Assembly (NCBI GenBank): GCA_024763215.1
Contig: JANTFX010000001.1
Location: forward strand, 27,816-91,815
Direction: 5' to 3'
Length of the DNA: 64,000 nucleotides
DNA from: Candidatus Krumholzibacteriia bacterium
Lineage (GTDB): Bacteria > Krumholzibacteriota > Krumholzibacteriia > LZORAL124-64-63
Shown: in pieces, positions 1 through 9,006 of the stretch
How positions within the stretch are numbered: position 1 is the stretch's first letter
Layout of the letters: each line of letters begins with the position of its first letter
Translations under genes and position numbers: made by a program
Notes under the pieces: generated by a model
Databases searched by the model: none
The model's input: only the letters and a program-made list of their open reading frames with translations
Told to the model about the DNA's origin: nothing

Positions 1-2
1 CC

Positions 3-1886
3 GACCTGGACTGCGATCAGGTCCTGTCCCTGGCCGTGCTGCCGGACGGGCGGCTGGTGGCCGGTTGCGAACCCGACGGGCAGGTGCTTCTGGTCTCCGC
101 CGCGGGGCAGGCCACCGTCCTGGGCAAGGTGCCCGAAAAATACGTCTGGGACATGACGGTGGGGCCGCAGGGGAAGGTCTACCTGGCCGTGGGCAGCCCC
201 GCGGCGTTGCTGGTGGCCGATCCCGACCAGGGCGGGCTGGACCAGGTGACGGACTTTCCGGCGGAGAACGCCCTTGCGGTGGCGTTTGGCGCCGACGGCA
301 AGCTCCTGGTCGCCACCCAGGGCCCGGGCCTGGTCTATCGTCTGGATCCGCAGGCTCCCAGGGCCAAGGAGGTCGTTCTGCAGACCGACCAGAACGAGGT
401 GAACGATCTGCTGGCCGGGCCGGACGGCCTGTGCGCCCTGGCCCTGGATGACGGCACCGGGGAAGGCCAGGATCAACAGCCGCCATCGGGTGACCAAGCC
501 AAGGCCGGCCCGCAGAGGCCGGTGGTGATGTTGCCGGGCGTCAGGACCTCCGGGGGCACCGATGTGCCCCACGCGGCCCTGTACCAGCTCGAGGGCATGC
601 CGGCCCCGACGTTGATCTGGTCCGGGGATCTGGACCTGATGTCGGCGCTTTACGTGCCGGATGTGGGCTGGATCGGCGGGGGCCTGCTGGACAAGGAGCA
701 TCCCCTGGCGGTCTTGAACAAGCTGACTCCGCCTGCGGGTGAGCAGACCCTCGCCAGCTGGCGGGGAGGGGACATCATGACCCTGTTGCCGGGCCGTGGG
801 CCCGGCCGGATCATGGTGGTCCAGACCCGGCCGAGCCGCATCGACGTCTTCGGCCCCGGCGGCAAGGGCCAGCGGCTGGTCACCGGCCCGGTCCTCGATG
901 CCGGCCGGGCGGTGGACTGGGGCCGCCTGTCCTGGACGGGTGCGGCGCCGGGGCAGGAACCCGCCTGGTCCGTACGCACCGGCAACCGCGAAACCGCGGA
1001 CGGGACCTGGAGCGAGTGGTCGCGGCCCATGCACGGACCGGATATGAAGCTGGATGTGCCGCCTTCCCGGTTCCTGCAGTGGCGGCTGTCCTTGCCCTCC
1101 TCGGCCGGTGAGGACTTCACGGTGGCGTCGGTGACCGTCAGCGCCTGGGGAAAGAACCGCCCGCCGGTGATCTCGGCCCTGAACCAGGAGAACCTCAAGA
1201 ACGTGCGCAAGGGCGGGCTGATGGAACCCCGGTCCCACCTGACCCGCACCTTCGGCAGCGGTCTGAAAGCGGAATTCAGCCGGCGGGCACCCGCGGCCAG
1301 GCCGGGTTATGACGAGCGGGTGAAACTGGGCCGATCCGTGAAGGTTTTCAGCTGGAAGGCGACCGACCCCGACGGGGACCGGTTGGATTACGAACTGGCC
1401 TGCCGCAGGGAGGGCCAGAGCGAATGGGTCGGCATCGCCTCGGGCCGGGACGGCGGGCTGGAGGCCTGGGACAGCTCCCAGGTGCCGGACGGTTCCTACC
1501 GCATCAGGCTGACCGTCCGCGACGATCCCGACAATCCCGGTGACCAGGCCCTTTCCGGAAGCCGCGTGCTGGGGCCGGTCGTGGTGGACAACACGCCGCC
1601 GCGCATCCGGGATCTGCAGGCCACCGCCCGGGGCCGCATCATCCATATCGAGTTCGAGGCCCGGGATGAGGGCAGCCCCCTGGCCGGCGCCTTCCTCGTC
1701 CTTGCGGATCAGAGCCGGGAGCGCCTGGACCCGCGGGACAGGATCTGCGACAGCGTCCGCGAGAGCTTCTCCTGCGACCACGCCCTGGCGGCCTCGGACA
1801 CCCTCGCCGGCTGGGTCCGCATCGAGGTGCTCGATGCGGCCGGCAACGTGGCCACGGGCAAGTGCCCGGTGGTGCCTAGGCGATGA
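3..1886 (+). CDS. Secreted or periplasmic beta-propeller repeat protein with a C-terminal Ig/FN3-like domain. It is 5'-partial: the reading frame is open to the window edge.
   Basis: The frame of ORF 36..1886 has no stop upstream to position 3. There are repeated blade-like segments (e.g. GKVYLAVGSP..., GKLLVATQGPGLVYRL). The C-terminal region (WKATDPDGD...YRIRLTVRDD) looks Ig-like. No catalytic motifs were recognised. Confidence 0.6.
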   Translation, partial: DLDCDQVLSLAVLPDGRLVAGCEPDGQVLLVSAAGQATVLGKVPEKYVWDMTVGPQGKVYLAVGSPAALLVADPDQGGLDQVTDFPAENALAVAFGADGKLLVATQGPGLVYRLDPQAPRAKEVVLQTDQNEVNDLLAGPDGLCALALDDGTGEGQDQQPPSGDQAKAGPQRPVVMLPGVRTSGGTDVPHAALYQLEGMPAPTLIWSGDLDLMSALYVPDVGWIGGGLLDKEHPLAVLNKLTPPAGEQTLASWRGGDIMTLLPGRGPGRIMVVQTRPSRIDVFGPGGKGQRLVTGPVLDAGRAVDWGRLSWTGAAPGQEPAWSVRTGNRETADGTWSEWSRPMHGPDMKLDVPPSRFLQWRLSLPSSAGEDFTVASVTVSAWGKNRPPVISALNQENLKNVRKGGLMEPRSHLTRTFGSGLKAEFSRRAPAARPGYDERVKLGRSVKVFSWKATDPDGDRLDYELACRREGQSEWVGIASGRDGGLEAWDSSQVPDGSYRIRLTVRDDPDNPGDQALSGSRVLGPVVVDNTPPRIRDLQATARGRIIHIEFEARDEGSPLAGAFLVLADQSRERLDPRDRICDSVRESFSCDHALAASDTLAGWVRIEVLDAAGNVATGKCPVVPRR

Positions 1887-2365
1887 ACGGGCCGGGCTTC
1901 GATTTCGCGGCGGACGAGCGCTGGATGCAGGTCGCCCTCGGCGAGGCCGCCCGGGCGGCCGACCAGGGCGAGGTTCCGGTGGGGGCGGTGGCGGTCGCCG
2001 GCGGCCGCATCATCGGACGCGGAGCCAACCAGGTCGAGAAACTGCAGGACCCGACCGCCCATGCGGAGATCCTGGCCCTGGGCGCCGCGGCCGGAACCCT
2101 GGGCAACTGGCGCCTGAACACGGTGACCCTGTACGTCACCCTCGAGCCGTGCACCATGTGCACCGGGGCCATCCTGCTGGGCAGGCTGGGGCGGCTGGTG
2201 TTCGGGGCGGCCGATCCCCGGGCCGGTATGGTGGTCTCCGGGGGGCGGCTGCTCGATGGCAATCCGTACCGGCACCAGGTGGCGGTCACGGGGGGGGTCC
2301 TGGCCTCGGCATGCGAGGTGCTGCTGCGGGATTTCTTCGCCGCCAGGCGGTCTGACGGCCCCTGA
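1883..2365 (+). CDS. tadA: tRNA-specific adenosine deaminase TadA
   Basis: 160 aa. HAE zinc motif (TAHAEILAL) and PCxxC (LEPCTMCTGA), the typical CDA fold signature. Its start overlaps the upstream stop (ATGA), so it is translationally coupled. Confidence 0.9.
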   Translation: MNGPGFDFAADERWMQVALGEAARAADQGEVPVGAVAVAGGRIIGRGANQVEKLQDPTAHAEILALGAAAGTLGNWRLNTVTLYVTLEPCTMCTGAILLGRLGRLVFGAADPRAGMVVSGGRLLDGNPYRHQVAVTGGVLASACEVLLRDFFAARRSDGP

Positions 2366-2385
2366 AACGGACGGATCCGGCCTTG

Positions 2386-2414
2386 TTGATTTTCCCCGGG
2401 GCCGGTGCTATATT
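2386..2414 (+). promoter_or_regulatory. Sigma-70-like promoter for the tRNA cluster: TTGATT, 17-nt spacer, TATATT.
   Basis: Spacing is near consensus and it lies 18 nt upstream of the first tRNA 5' end. This is sequence match only. Confidence 0.45.
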
Positions 2415-2431
2415 GCTCGCCCTGTTCAGGT

Positions 2432-2519
<88 letters not shown>

Positions 2520-2554
2520 GCGTCGATCAGGCGCACGGCGACGATCCGGATCGG

Positions 2555-2644
2555 GGAGAGGTGCCGGAGTGGTTGAACGGGGCGGTCTCGAAAACCGTTG
2601 AGCTCTTCGGAGTTCCCAGGGTTCGAATCCCTGCCTCTCCGCCA
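2555..2644 (+). tRNA. tRNA-Ser (anticodon CGA), class II
   Basis: Same acceptor as the first tRNA-Ser. D-loop GAGTGGTTGAA. Anticodon loop CTCGAAA. A long variable arm. GGTTCGAATCC T-arm. CCA encoded. Confidence 0.9.
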
Positions 2645-2723
2645 GATCCGAAATTTACCGGCGCAATCCCGCGGTCAGGCCCGGCCTGCACCGGCGGTCG
2701 GGATGCGCTCGGATGACAAGTTT

Positions 2724-2799
2724 GGGGATGTAGCTCAGCTGGGAGAGCGCCTCGTTCGCAACGAGGAGGTCGGCGGTTCGAGCCCGCTCATCTCCACCA
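2724..2799 (+). tRNA. tRNA-Ala (anticodon CGC)
   Basis: Acceptor GGGGATG/CATCTCC with the G3:U70 Ala identity pair. D-arm GCTCAGCTGGGAGAGC. Anticodon loop TTCGCAA. T-arm GGCGGTTCGAGCCCGCT. CCA encoded. Confidence 0.9.
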
Positions 2800-2835
2800 A
2801 CTTCACGGCCCGGCGGATCCGGGCCAGGGCATGAT

Positions 2836-2932
2836 GGGCCAGGCCCGGTGTGACGCCGGAGCACTAATTCCGTCAGGACTGGAAAGTAGCAGCGGTACGT
2901 TCCCTTCGGCGTGTGCGCCGCCAGCCTGGCCC
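2836..2932 (+). ncRNA. ffs: Probable signal recognition particle RNA (small bacterial 4.5S/ffs)
   Basis: A perfect 9-bp closing stem (GGGCCAGGC at 2836-2844 with GCCTGGCCC at 2924-2932). The conserved SRP domain IV motif CCGUCAGGACUGGAAAGUAGCAGCGG (UCAGG...GGAA tetraloop...AGCAGC) sits at the apex. The position immediately upstream of dnaX matches the common ffs-dnaX-ybaB-recR synteny. The internal helix was not fully folded by hand. Confidence 0.6.
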
Positions 2933-3083
2933 ACCTTCTTCATCAGCGAGTCCCCTGCCGCAGGATGTCATGGCCCCGGACCCCCTCCTCGTGTTAGAGT
3001 GGCGACCGGCCAGCCGCCGCCTCGGATCGTGATCGCCGGCCGGGGGCCGCGCCGAGGTATCATCCTCCAGCAAGTGGAGCGCC

Positions 3084-4844
3084 ATGTCCTACGAAGCCAT
3101 CGCCCGCAAGTACCGTCCCGAGACCTTCGCCGAGGTGGTGGGGCAATCCCATGTCACCGACACCCTGTGCGCGGCCGTGCGCAGGGACAAGCTCAGCCAC
3201 GCCTACCTGTTCAGCGGCCCCCGCGGTTGCGGCAAGACCACCGTGGCGCGGCTGCTGGCCAAGGCCATCAACTGCCCGTCGCCGGTCGACGGCGACCCCT
3301 GCGGCAAGTGCGAGAGCTGCCGGGCCATCGCCCGCGGCAGCTACCTGGACGTGCTGGAGATCGACGCGGCCAGCAACACCGGCGTGGACAACATCCGTGA
3401 GCTGCGGGACATGGCCCAGTACTCCCCCAGCGAGGGCAGCAACCGGGTGTTCATCATCGACGAGGTCCACATGCTGTCCAAGGGCGCGTTCAACGCCCTG
3501 CTGAAGATCCTCGAGGAACCGCCGGCCCGGGTCTTCTTCTTCTTCGCCACCACCGAGGTCCACAAGATCCCCCGCACCATCCTGTCGCGCTGCCAGAGGT
3601 TCGATTTCCGCCTGCTCAGCCAGGGCGAGCTGGAAGGCCGGCTGGCGGAGGTGGCCGCGGCGGAGGGGGCTCAGCTCGAGCCGGGCGCCCTGCGTCTGCT
3701 GGTCTCCCTGGCCGAAGGCAGCCTGCGGGACGGTCTGAGCCTGCTGGACCAGGTGCTGGCCTCCTGCGAAGGCGGCGTCACGGAACAGAATGTGGTCGAG
3801 ACCTTCGGGTTGATTCGCAGCGAGATCTACCTCGATTTGAACGATGCCATCGTGGACCACGACCCCGGCCGGGCTCTGGCGCTGGTGGACAGCCTGGCCC
3901 GGGCCGGGCAGAGCCTGGGCACCTTCGCCCGCGGCATCGTGACCGATTTCCGCAACCTCATGCTGCTGAAGATCGACCCGGAGCTGGGCCGCATGGTGGA
4001 TCTGCCGGCCGACCAGCTGGAGCGGCTGGCCAGGCAGGCCGCCCGCTTCAGCGAGCAGGACCTGCTGGCCCTGATCGAACGGGCCAGCGGCCATTTCGAA
4101 CGGATCCACCGCAGCACCCAGCCGCGCATCCTGCTGGAGGCGGCGGTGGTCGAGTACACGCGGTTCGAGTCCCGCATCCTGCTGGCGGATCTGGCCCGCC
4201 GCCTGGAGGCCTTGGCAGGGCCGGGACAGCCCGGCCCCACCGCAGGTGGGGGGCGGCCCGCCACCGCCGCCGGGACGCCGGACCGGGCCCCGAAGCCCGA
4301 TGCGGGGGGTCGCGACCGGCGGCGCGCCCAGGGGCACGGCGTGGTCCGCGAAGCCGGGGGTTCCGTGGCCGCGGCCGCGAAGTTAGCAGACGCTGCCGAG
4401 GCCGGCGACCTGACGGGCACCGACGCCGAGGTCCCCGGCTGGACGCGCCTGATCGAGGTCCTGATGCAGAAGGCGCCCCGCGTGGGGGCCTGCCTGATGA
4501 ACGGCCTGCCGTCGTTCGATCCGCAGCAGGGGAAACTCGTCATCGCTTTCGCCGCAGACAAGGAGTTCCAGGTCGGCAGCATCCAGGGGGATCGGGAGCG
4601 GATCGCCCAACTGGCCAGCCGGCTGTGGCAGAAGCCCGTCAAGGTGGAGCTCGTTCTGGGCCGTCAGGGGCAGCAGGAAACGGTGCGGGAGGACATCCGC
4701 AAGCAGGTGGCGCCGACCCGGAACGAGGAGCTCAAGCGCGCGTGCGCGGACGATCCGGCCCTGGACAGCCTCGTGGAGATGATGGACGCGGCGCCGCTGC
4801 CCCCGGGTGAACAGGAACAATGGGATGATCCCGCCGACGGCTGA
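3084..4844 (+). CDS. dnaX: DNA polymerase III subunit gamma/tau
   Basis: The N-terminus MSYEAIARKYRPETFAEVVGQSHV plus the Walker A GPRGCGKTT, the Zn module CGKCESC and the DEVHML box. It has a long Pro/Ala/Gly-rich tau linker. Confidence 0.95.
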   Translation: MSYEAIARKYRPETFAEVVGQSHVTDTLCAAVRRDKLSHAYLFSGPRGCGKTTVARLLAKAINCPSPVDGDPCGKCESCRAIARGSYLDVLEIDAASNTGVDNIRELRDMAQYSPSEGSNRVFIIDEVHMLSKGAFNALLKILEEPPARVFFFFATTEVHKIPRTILSRCQRFDFRLLSQGELEGRLAEVAAAEGAQLEPGALRLLVSLAEGSLRDGLSLLDQVLASCEGGVTEQNVVETFGLIRSEIYLDLNDAIVDHDPGRALALVDSLARAGQSLGTFARGIVTDFRNLMLLKIDPELGRMVDLPADQLERLARQAARFSEQDLLALIERASGHFERIHRSTQPRILLEAAVVEYTRFESRILLADLARRLEALAGPGQPGPTAGGGRPATAAGTPDRAPKPDAGGRDRRRAQGHGVVREAGGSVAAAAKLADAAEAGDLTGTDAEVPGWTRLIEVLMQKAPRVGACLMNGLPSFDPQQGKLVIAFAADKEFQVGSIQGDRERIAQLASRLWQKPVKVELVLGRQGQQETVREDIRKQVAPTRNEELKRACADDPALDSLVEMMDAAPLPPGEQEQWDDPADG

Positions 4845-4893
4845 GCCGGTGCGGCGGTGACGCAACACGGCCCCTGGGGCCAGGAGATTCGAC

Positions 4894-5217
4894 ATGGATA
4901 TGCGCATGCTCATGAAGCAGGCCCAGCAGATGCAGGCCAAGATGGCGAAGGCCCAGGAGGAACTGGCCAAGAAGGAGGTCACCGCCGAGGTGGCCGGGGG
5001 CCAGGTCAAGGTGGTCATGGACGGCAAGCACAACCTCAAGTCCCTGACCATCGCTCCGGAGGCCATGGACCCGGATGATATCGAGTTCCTGCAGGATCTG
5101 ATCATCGCGGCGGTCAACGAGGGGATCAAGAAGGTCGACGAGATGACCGCCGAGGAAATGGGTTCGGTCACCGGTGGCCTGAACATTCCTGGCATGAACC
5201 TGCCGGGAATGGGTTGA
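4894..5217 (+). CDS. ybaB: Nucleoid-associated protein YbaB/EbfC
   Basis: 107 aa. The family-typical KQAQQMQAKMAKAQEELA...GGQVKVVMDG sequence. Conserved position between dnaX and recR. Confidence 0.9.
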   Translation: MDMRMLMKQAQQMQAKMAKAQEELAKKEVTAEVAGGQVKVVMDGKHNLKSLTIAPEAMDPDDIEFLQDLIIAAVNEGIKKVDEMTAEEMGSVTGGLNIPGMNLPGMG

Positions 5218-5220
5218 GCC

Positions 5221-5847
5221 ATGCCCCGCGGTGAGGCCGCCGGCGACGGCGGCGAGTTCCAGTCCCCGGCCCTGGAGAACCTGGTTCGCAACCTGGGGCG
5301 CCTGCCCGGGCTCGGGCGCAAGTCCGCCACCCGCATCGCCCTGCACCTGGTGGGGGGCGAGGCGGAAACCCGGGAACTGGTCGCGGCCGTCGAGACGGCC
5401 CTTGCGCAGGTGCGGCACTGCTCCCGTTGCGGGGCCATCACCGAGGACGATCCCTGCCGCATCTGCACCTCGCCCCGGCGCGATCCCACCCAGCTGTGCG
5501 TCGTCACCAGCCCCGTGGATATCCTGCCCTTCGAGAAGGGGGGCTTCTTCCAGGGGCACTACTTCGTCCTGGGCAGGCTGCTGTCGCCCCTGGACGGAAT
5601 CCGGGCCCGGGACCTGCCCTTCGATCGGCTGCAGAGGCGCCTGGCGACGGACGGGGTCAAGGAAGTGATCATCGCCCTGGACGCCAGCGTGGAGGGGGAA
5701 ACCACGGCGCTGTACATCCAGCGGCTGTGCGAGGACCGCGATCTGAAGCTCAGCCGCCTGGCCACGGGCATCCCCGTGGGGGGGGCCCTGGCCTACACCG
5801 ACGAGGTCACTCTGCAGCGTGCCTTCCAGTTCAGGCGCAGTTTCTGA
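5221..5847 (+). CDS. recR: Recombination protein RecR
   Basis: A helix-hairpin-helix N-terminus (LPGLGRKSATRIALHL), a C4 zinc finger (CSRCGAITEDDPCRIC) and a Toprim C-terminus. Confidence 0.93.
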   Translation: MPRGEAAGDGGEFQSPALENLVRNLGRLPGLGRKSATRIALHLVGGEAETRELVAAVETALAQVRHCSRCGAITEDDPCRICTSPRRDPTQLCVVTSPVDILPFEKGGFFQGHYFVLGRLLSPLDGIRARDLPFDRLQRRLATDGVKEVIIALDASVEGETTALYIQRLCEDRDLKLSRLATGIPVGGALAYTDEVTLQRAFQFRRSF

Positions 5848-5990
5848 GGGTCCGGCGGCCGGGGGCCGCCGCCGCTCGGGGACGGCATCCGAAATTTCCG
5901 GTTAATTCCCCTTGTTTCCTGCCGATACCCCTGCTGATGCTGGAATTCGAAGCCACCAGGGCGCCGAAGGCGCTACGGGAGAGATGATTC

Positions 5991-6488
5991 ATGGTCAGAG
6001 CAGAGTGGGCCATCTTCGAAGAAGATTTCTGGGCCATCAACAACGTGCTGGACGACCTGCTCAAGAGCAGCAAGGCCGGCAACGTGATGCTGGTCGATCC
6101 GACCGGTCAGCTGGTGAGCCATTGCGGCCGGGACGTGGACTTCGATTTGACCAGCTTCGCCTCGCTGTGCGCCGCCGACTTCGCAGCCAACTACCAGCTG
6201 GCCAAGCTGATCGGCGAGAGCGATTTCAGCACCCTGTACCACCAGGGGGCCAAGGACAGCATGTTCCTGGGCAAGATCGCCAAGGGCGTGGTGCTGGTCG
6301 TGCTGTTCGACAAGAGCACGACACTGGGCCTGGTGCGCCTGCGGGTCAGGCGGGCGGTGGCCGAGCTCGACAAGATCATCGAGACCCTCTACGACAAGCT
6401 GGAGTTCCGCCACGAGGAATACGACGCCCTGGACGATACCTTCACCCGCGAGGTGGAGGCGGAGATAGACAACCTGTTCGCTGATTGA
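5991..6488 (+). CDS. mglB: Roadblock/LC7-domain GTPase-activating protein MglB
   Basis: 165 aa. Alignable over its whole length to Myxococcus MglB, including the C-terminal ...IDNLF tail. There is a GGGAGAG RBS. It sits immediately upstream of mglA. Confidence 0.85.
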   Translation: MVRAEWAIFEEDFWAINNVLDDLLKSSKAGNVMLVDPTGQLVSHCGRDVDFDLTSFASLCAADFAANYQLAKLIGESDFSTLYHQGAKDSMFLGKIAKGVVLVVLFDKSTTLGLVRLRVRRAVAELDKIIETLYDKLEFRHEEYDALDDTFTREVEAEIDNLFAD

Positions 6489-6536
6489 TGCGGGGGCGAC
6501 AGCTCCCGGTTCCGGCAATCCAGAAGGGGAAACGCC

Positions 6537-7121
6537 GTGTCGCTGATCAACTACTCATCGCGTGAGATCAACTGCAAGGTCGTGTACTACGGTCCCGGCC
6601 TGGGCGGCAAGACGACCAACATCCAGTACGTGTACGAGAAGCTCTCGCCCGAGACCAAGGGCAAGCTGGTGACCCTCGCCACGGAAATGGACCGGACCCT
6701 GTTCTTCGATTTCCTGCCCCTGGAACTGGGCGAGGTCAAGGGCTTCAAGACCCGTTTCCACCTCTACACCGTGCCGGGTCAGGTGTATTACAACGCCAGC
6801 CGGAAGCTGATCCTCAGGGGCGTGGACGGCATCGTGTTCGTGGCCGACAGCAGCGAAGCCCGCTTCGACGCCAACATCGAAGCGCTCTACAACCTGCACG
6901 ACAACCTGAAGGAATACGATCTGAGCCTGGACCAGATCCCCTTCGTCCTGCAGTGGAACAAGCGCGACATGCCCGACGCCATCCCCGTGGCCGAGCTCAA
7001 CGAGGAGCTCAACCCCGAAGGCTACGAGAACTTCGAGGGCATCGCCGTCAAGGGCGTGGGGGTTTTCGACACCCTCAAGTGCGTGGCCAAGTTGATCCTG
7101 CGCCAGCTGCAGACGACCTGA
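6537..7121 (+). CDS. mglA: Ras-like small GTPase MglA (GTG start)
   Basis: 194 aa. Near-identical signature blocks to Myxococcus MglA: the P-loop YYGPGLGGKTT, switch I DRTLFFDF, switch II TVPGQ and the NKRD box. Confidence 0.9.
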   Translation: MSLINYSSREINCKVVYYGPGLGGKTTNIQYVYEKLSPETKGKLVTLATEMDRTLFFDFLPLELGEVKGFKTRFHLYTVPGQVYYNASRKLILRGVDGIVFVADSSEARFDANIEALYNLHDNLKEYDLSLDQIPFVLQWNKRDMPDAIPVAELNEELNPEGYENFEGIAVKGVGVFDTLKCVAKLILRQLQTT

Positions 7122-7170
7122 CCGATCACATTTTTTCGGGCCACGGCCCGCCCCGCTTGTTATGATTCAG

Positions 7171-7206
7171 CCCCCCGGCGGTGATGCCGGGGGGCGGTCT
7201 CTTTTC
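7171..7206 (+). terminator. Rho-independent terminator after mglA
   Basis: A 9-bp GC stem CCCCCCGGC/GCCGGGGGG with a 6-nt loop, followed by CGGTCTCTTTTCC. Confidence 0.6.
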
Positions 7207-7231
7207 CCCCTCGTGACCCGAAAGGAACATC

Positions 7232-7717
7232 ATGCCGCGTCCTGTGCTCTACATGCTGGGCACCTTCTTCGGTACCGGCTTCGCGCCCTTCGCGCCCGCC
7301 ACCGTCGCCAGCTTCGCCTTCATGGTGCTGTGGTGGTTGATCTGGTCCCTGGCCGGACCCATCCCTATGGTTGTGACCCTGGCTGCGCTGGTGGTGGTGA
7401 CCCTGGTGGGCATCCCGGTGGCCGGCAGCCTGGAAAAGATCCACGGCGAGGATCCGTCCCTGGTGGTCATCGACGAGATCGCCGGCATGCTGGTGTCGTT
7501 CCTGGGCGTGACGCTGAGCCCCTGGGGTTTCGTGATCGCCTTCTTCTGGTTCCGGTTCTTCGACATCCTCAAGCCCCTGGGGGTGCGGAAGCTGGAGCAC
7601 CTCGGCGGCGGCGGCGGACTCGGTATCATGGCCGATGATATCGGGGCCGGCGTGCAGGCCCTGGTGCTGACGCATCTTACCATCCGCTTCCTGAGTCTGA
7701 CGGGGGTCCTGGGCTGA
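7232..7717 (+). CDS. pgpA: Phosphatidylglycerophosphatase A
   Basis: 161 aa membrane protein with the PgpA N-terminus LGTFFGTGFAPFAPATVAS. RBS AAAGGA. Confidence 0.85.
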   Translation: MPRPVLYMLGTFFGTGFAPFAPATVASFAFMVLWWLIWSLAGPIPMVVTLAALVVVTLVGIPVAGSLEKIHGEDPSLVVIDEIAGMLVSFLGVTLSPWGFVIAFFWFRFFDILKPLGVRKLEHLGGGGGLGIMADDIGAGVQALVLTHLTIRFLSLTGVLG

Positions 7718-9006
7718 TGGGGATGGCGGCACCGGTCAAGATCATCGCCGTGGGTGACGAATTGCTCGAAGGGCGCACCCTCGACAGCAACAGCAGGGAC
7801 ATCCAGCGGGCCCTGGGGGGGCACGCCGTGCAGGTCGAACTTGTGCAGATGGTCCCCGACCGTCAGGATGCCATCGTCCAGGCCCTGGACCGGACCACGG
7901 AGGGCGATCTGGTCTTCATGTGCGGCGGCCTCGGTTCCACCCCCGATGATCTGACCCGGGAGGCGGTCGCGGTCTGGGGCGGGGTCGATCTGCCCGAGGA
8001 CGAGCGGGCCATGGAGATGATCCGGGCCCGCTACCGCCGCCGCGGCCGGGCCATGCACCCGGTGGTGGCACGCCAGGCCAGGGTGCCGGCGGGCCTGCGG
8101 CCGGTGGCCAATCCGGTGGGGTCGGCCCCAGGCCTGGTGGGCCGGCTGCGCGGCCGGCACCTGATCCTGTTGCCGGGCTTCCCCGCGGAATTGAACGGGC
8201 TGCTGCCGCTGATGGTAGCCGAACTGCGCGGCAGCGGTTTGTTGCCGGCTGAGGGGCGGGTCCTGACCTACCGCCTGGCGCAGATCACCGAGCTGGCGCT
8301 GGTGGATCTGTGCCGGCCGGTCATGGACTCCCACCCGGGCCTGAAGTGGTCCTGGTGGGTGACAGACTGGGGTGTGGATCTGCGGGTTGCCGCGCCCGGC
8401 GGGTGCGCCGACGATGCGATGCCCCAGGAGATGGCCGACGCCCTTGAGGCCGCCCTGGGGCACCACGTCTTCAGCCGACGGGACCAGGACCTGGCCGCGG
8501 TGGTGCAAAAGATGATGCTGGCGCGGGCGGCCACCTGCGGCGTCGCCGAATCCTGCACCGGAGGTCTGATCGGCGGAGCGTTGACCGCCAACCCCGGCTC
8601 GTCCGGTTTCTTCAGGGGCGGGTTCCTGGTCTATGCCGACGATGCCAAGTCCAAGCTGCTGGAAGTGGGGGAAGCCGACCTGGCTGGCCACGGCGCCGTC
8701 AGCGAGCCCGTCGCGCGCGCCATGGCCGCCGGCTGCCGCCGGAAGCTGGGCTGCGACTACGCCCTGGCCGTCAGCGGCATATCCGGCCCTGGCGGAGGCA
8801 CCGAAGGCAAGCCTGTGGGGACGACCTGGGTGGCCGTCGCCACCCCGAGTGCGCTCTTCGCCCACTGTTACCGGTTCCCCGCCGACCGGCGCCGCAACCG
8901 CCTGCTGACCGTGGCCGCGGCCCTGGATAGCTTGCGCCGCGTGCTCCAGTTTGGTGATGACGCCGATCCCTGGAGCTTGACCGCGGCCTGGGATTTCCGG
9001 GCATGA
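7717..9006 (+). CDS. cinA: CinA family protein (competence/damage-inducible; nicotinamide-nucleotide amidohydrolase PncC domain)
   Basis: An N-terminal MoCF-binding domain (IIAVGDELLEGRTLDSN...GGLGSTPDD) and a C-terminal CinA/PncC domain (CGVAESCTGGLIGGALT). The start overlaps the pgpA stop. Confidence 0.9.
   Translation: MGMAAPVKIIAVGDELLEGRTLDSNSRDIQRALGGHAVQVELVQMVPDRQDAIVQALDRTTEGDLVFMCGGLGSTPDDLTREAVAVWGGVDLPEDERAMEMIRARYRRRGRAMHPVVARQARVPAGLRPVANPVGSAPGLVGRLRGRHLILLPGFPAELNGLLPLMVAELRGSGLLPAEGRVLTYRLAQITELALVDLCRPVMDSHPGLKWSWWVTDWGVDLRVAAPGGCADDAMPQEMADALEAALGHHVFSRRDQDLAAVVQKMMLARAATCGVAESCTGGLIGGALTANPGSSGFFRGGFLVYADDAKSKLLEVGEADLAGHGAVSEPVARAMAAGCRRKLGCDYALAVSGISGPGGGTEGKPVGTTWVAVATPSALFAHCYRFPADRRRNRLLTVAAALDSLRRVLQFGDDADPWSLTAAWDFRA

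Noticed and set aside
3060-4337. Long antisense ORFs opposite dnaX
   Set aside because: They are opposite a gene with unambiguous homology. They are typical high-GC shadow ORFs.
3084-4844. Programmed -1 frameshift site in dnaX (A AAA AAG type)
   Set aside because: No A-rich heptanucleotide slippery sequence is present in the gene. The only homopolymeric run is a TTC repeat (FFFF) at about 3535.
4383-5559. Long antisense ORFs opposite the dnaX 3' end, ybaB and recR
   Set aside because: They are opposite genes with unambiguous homology. They are typical high-GC shadow ORFs.
5848-5870. GC-rich hairpin CGGCGGCC-GGG-GGCCGCCG right after the recR stop, considered as a terminator
   Set aside because: No downstream U tract, so at best a weak or Rho-dependent signal. 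Not reported as a feature.
7249-8865. Long antisense ORF opposite pgpA and cinA
   Set aside because: It is opposite genes with unambiguous homology. It is a typical high-GC shadow ORF.
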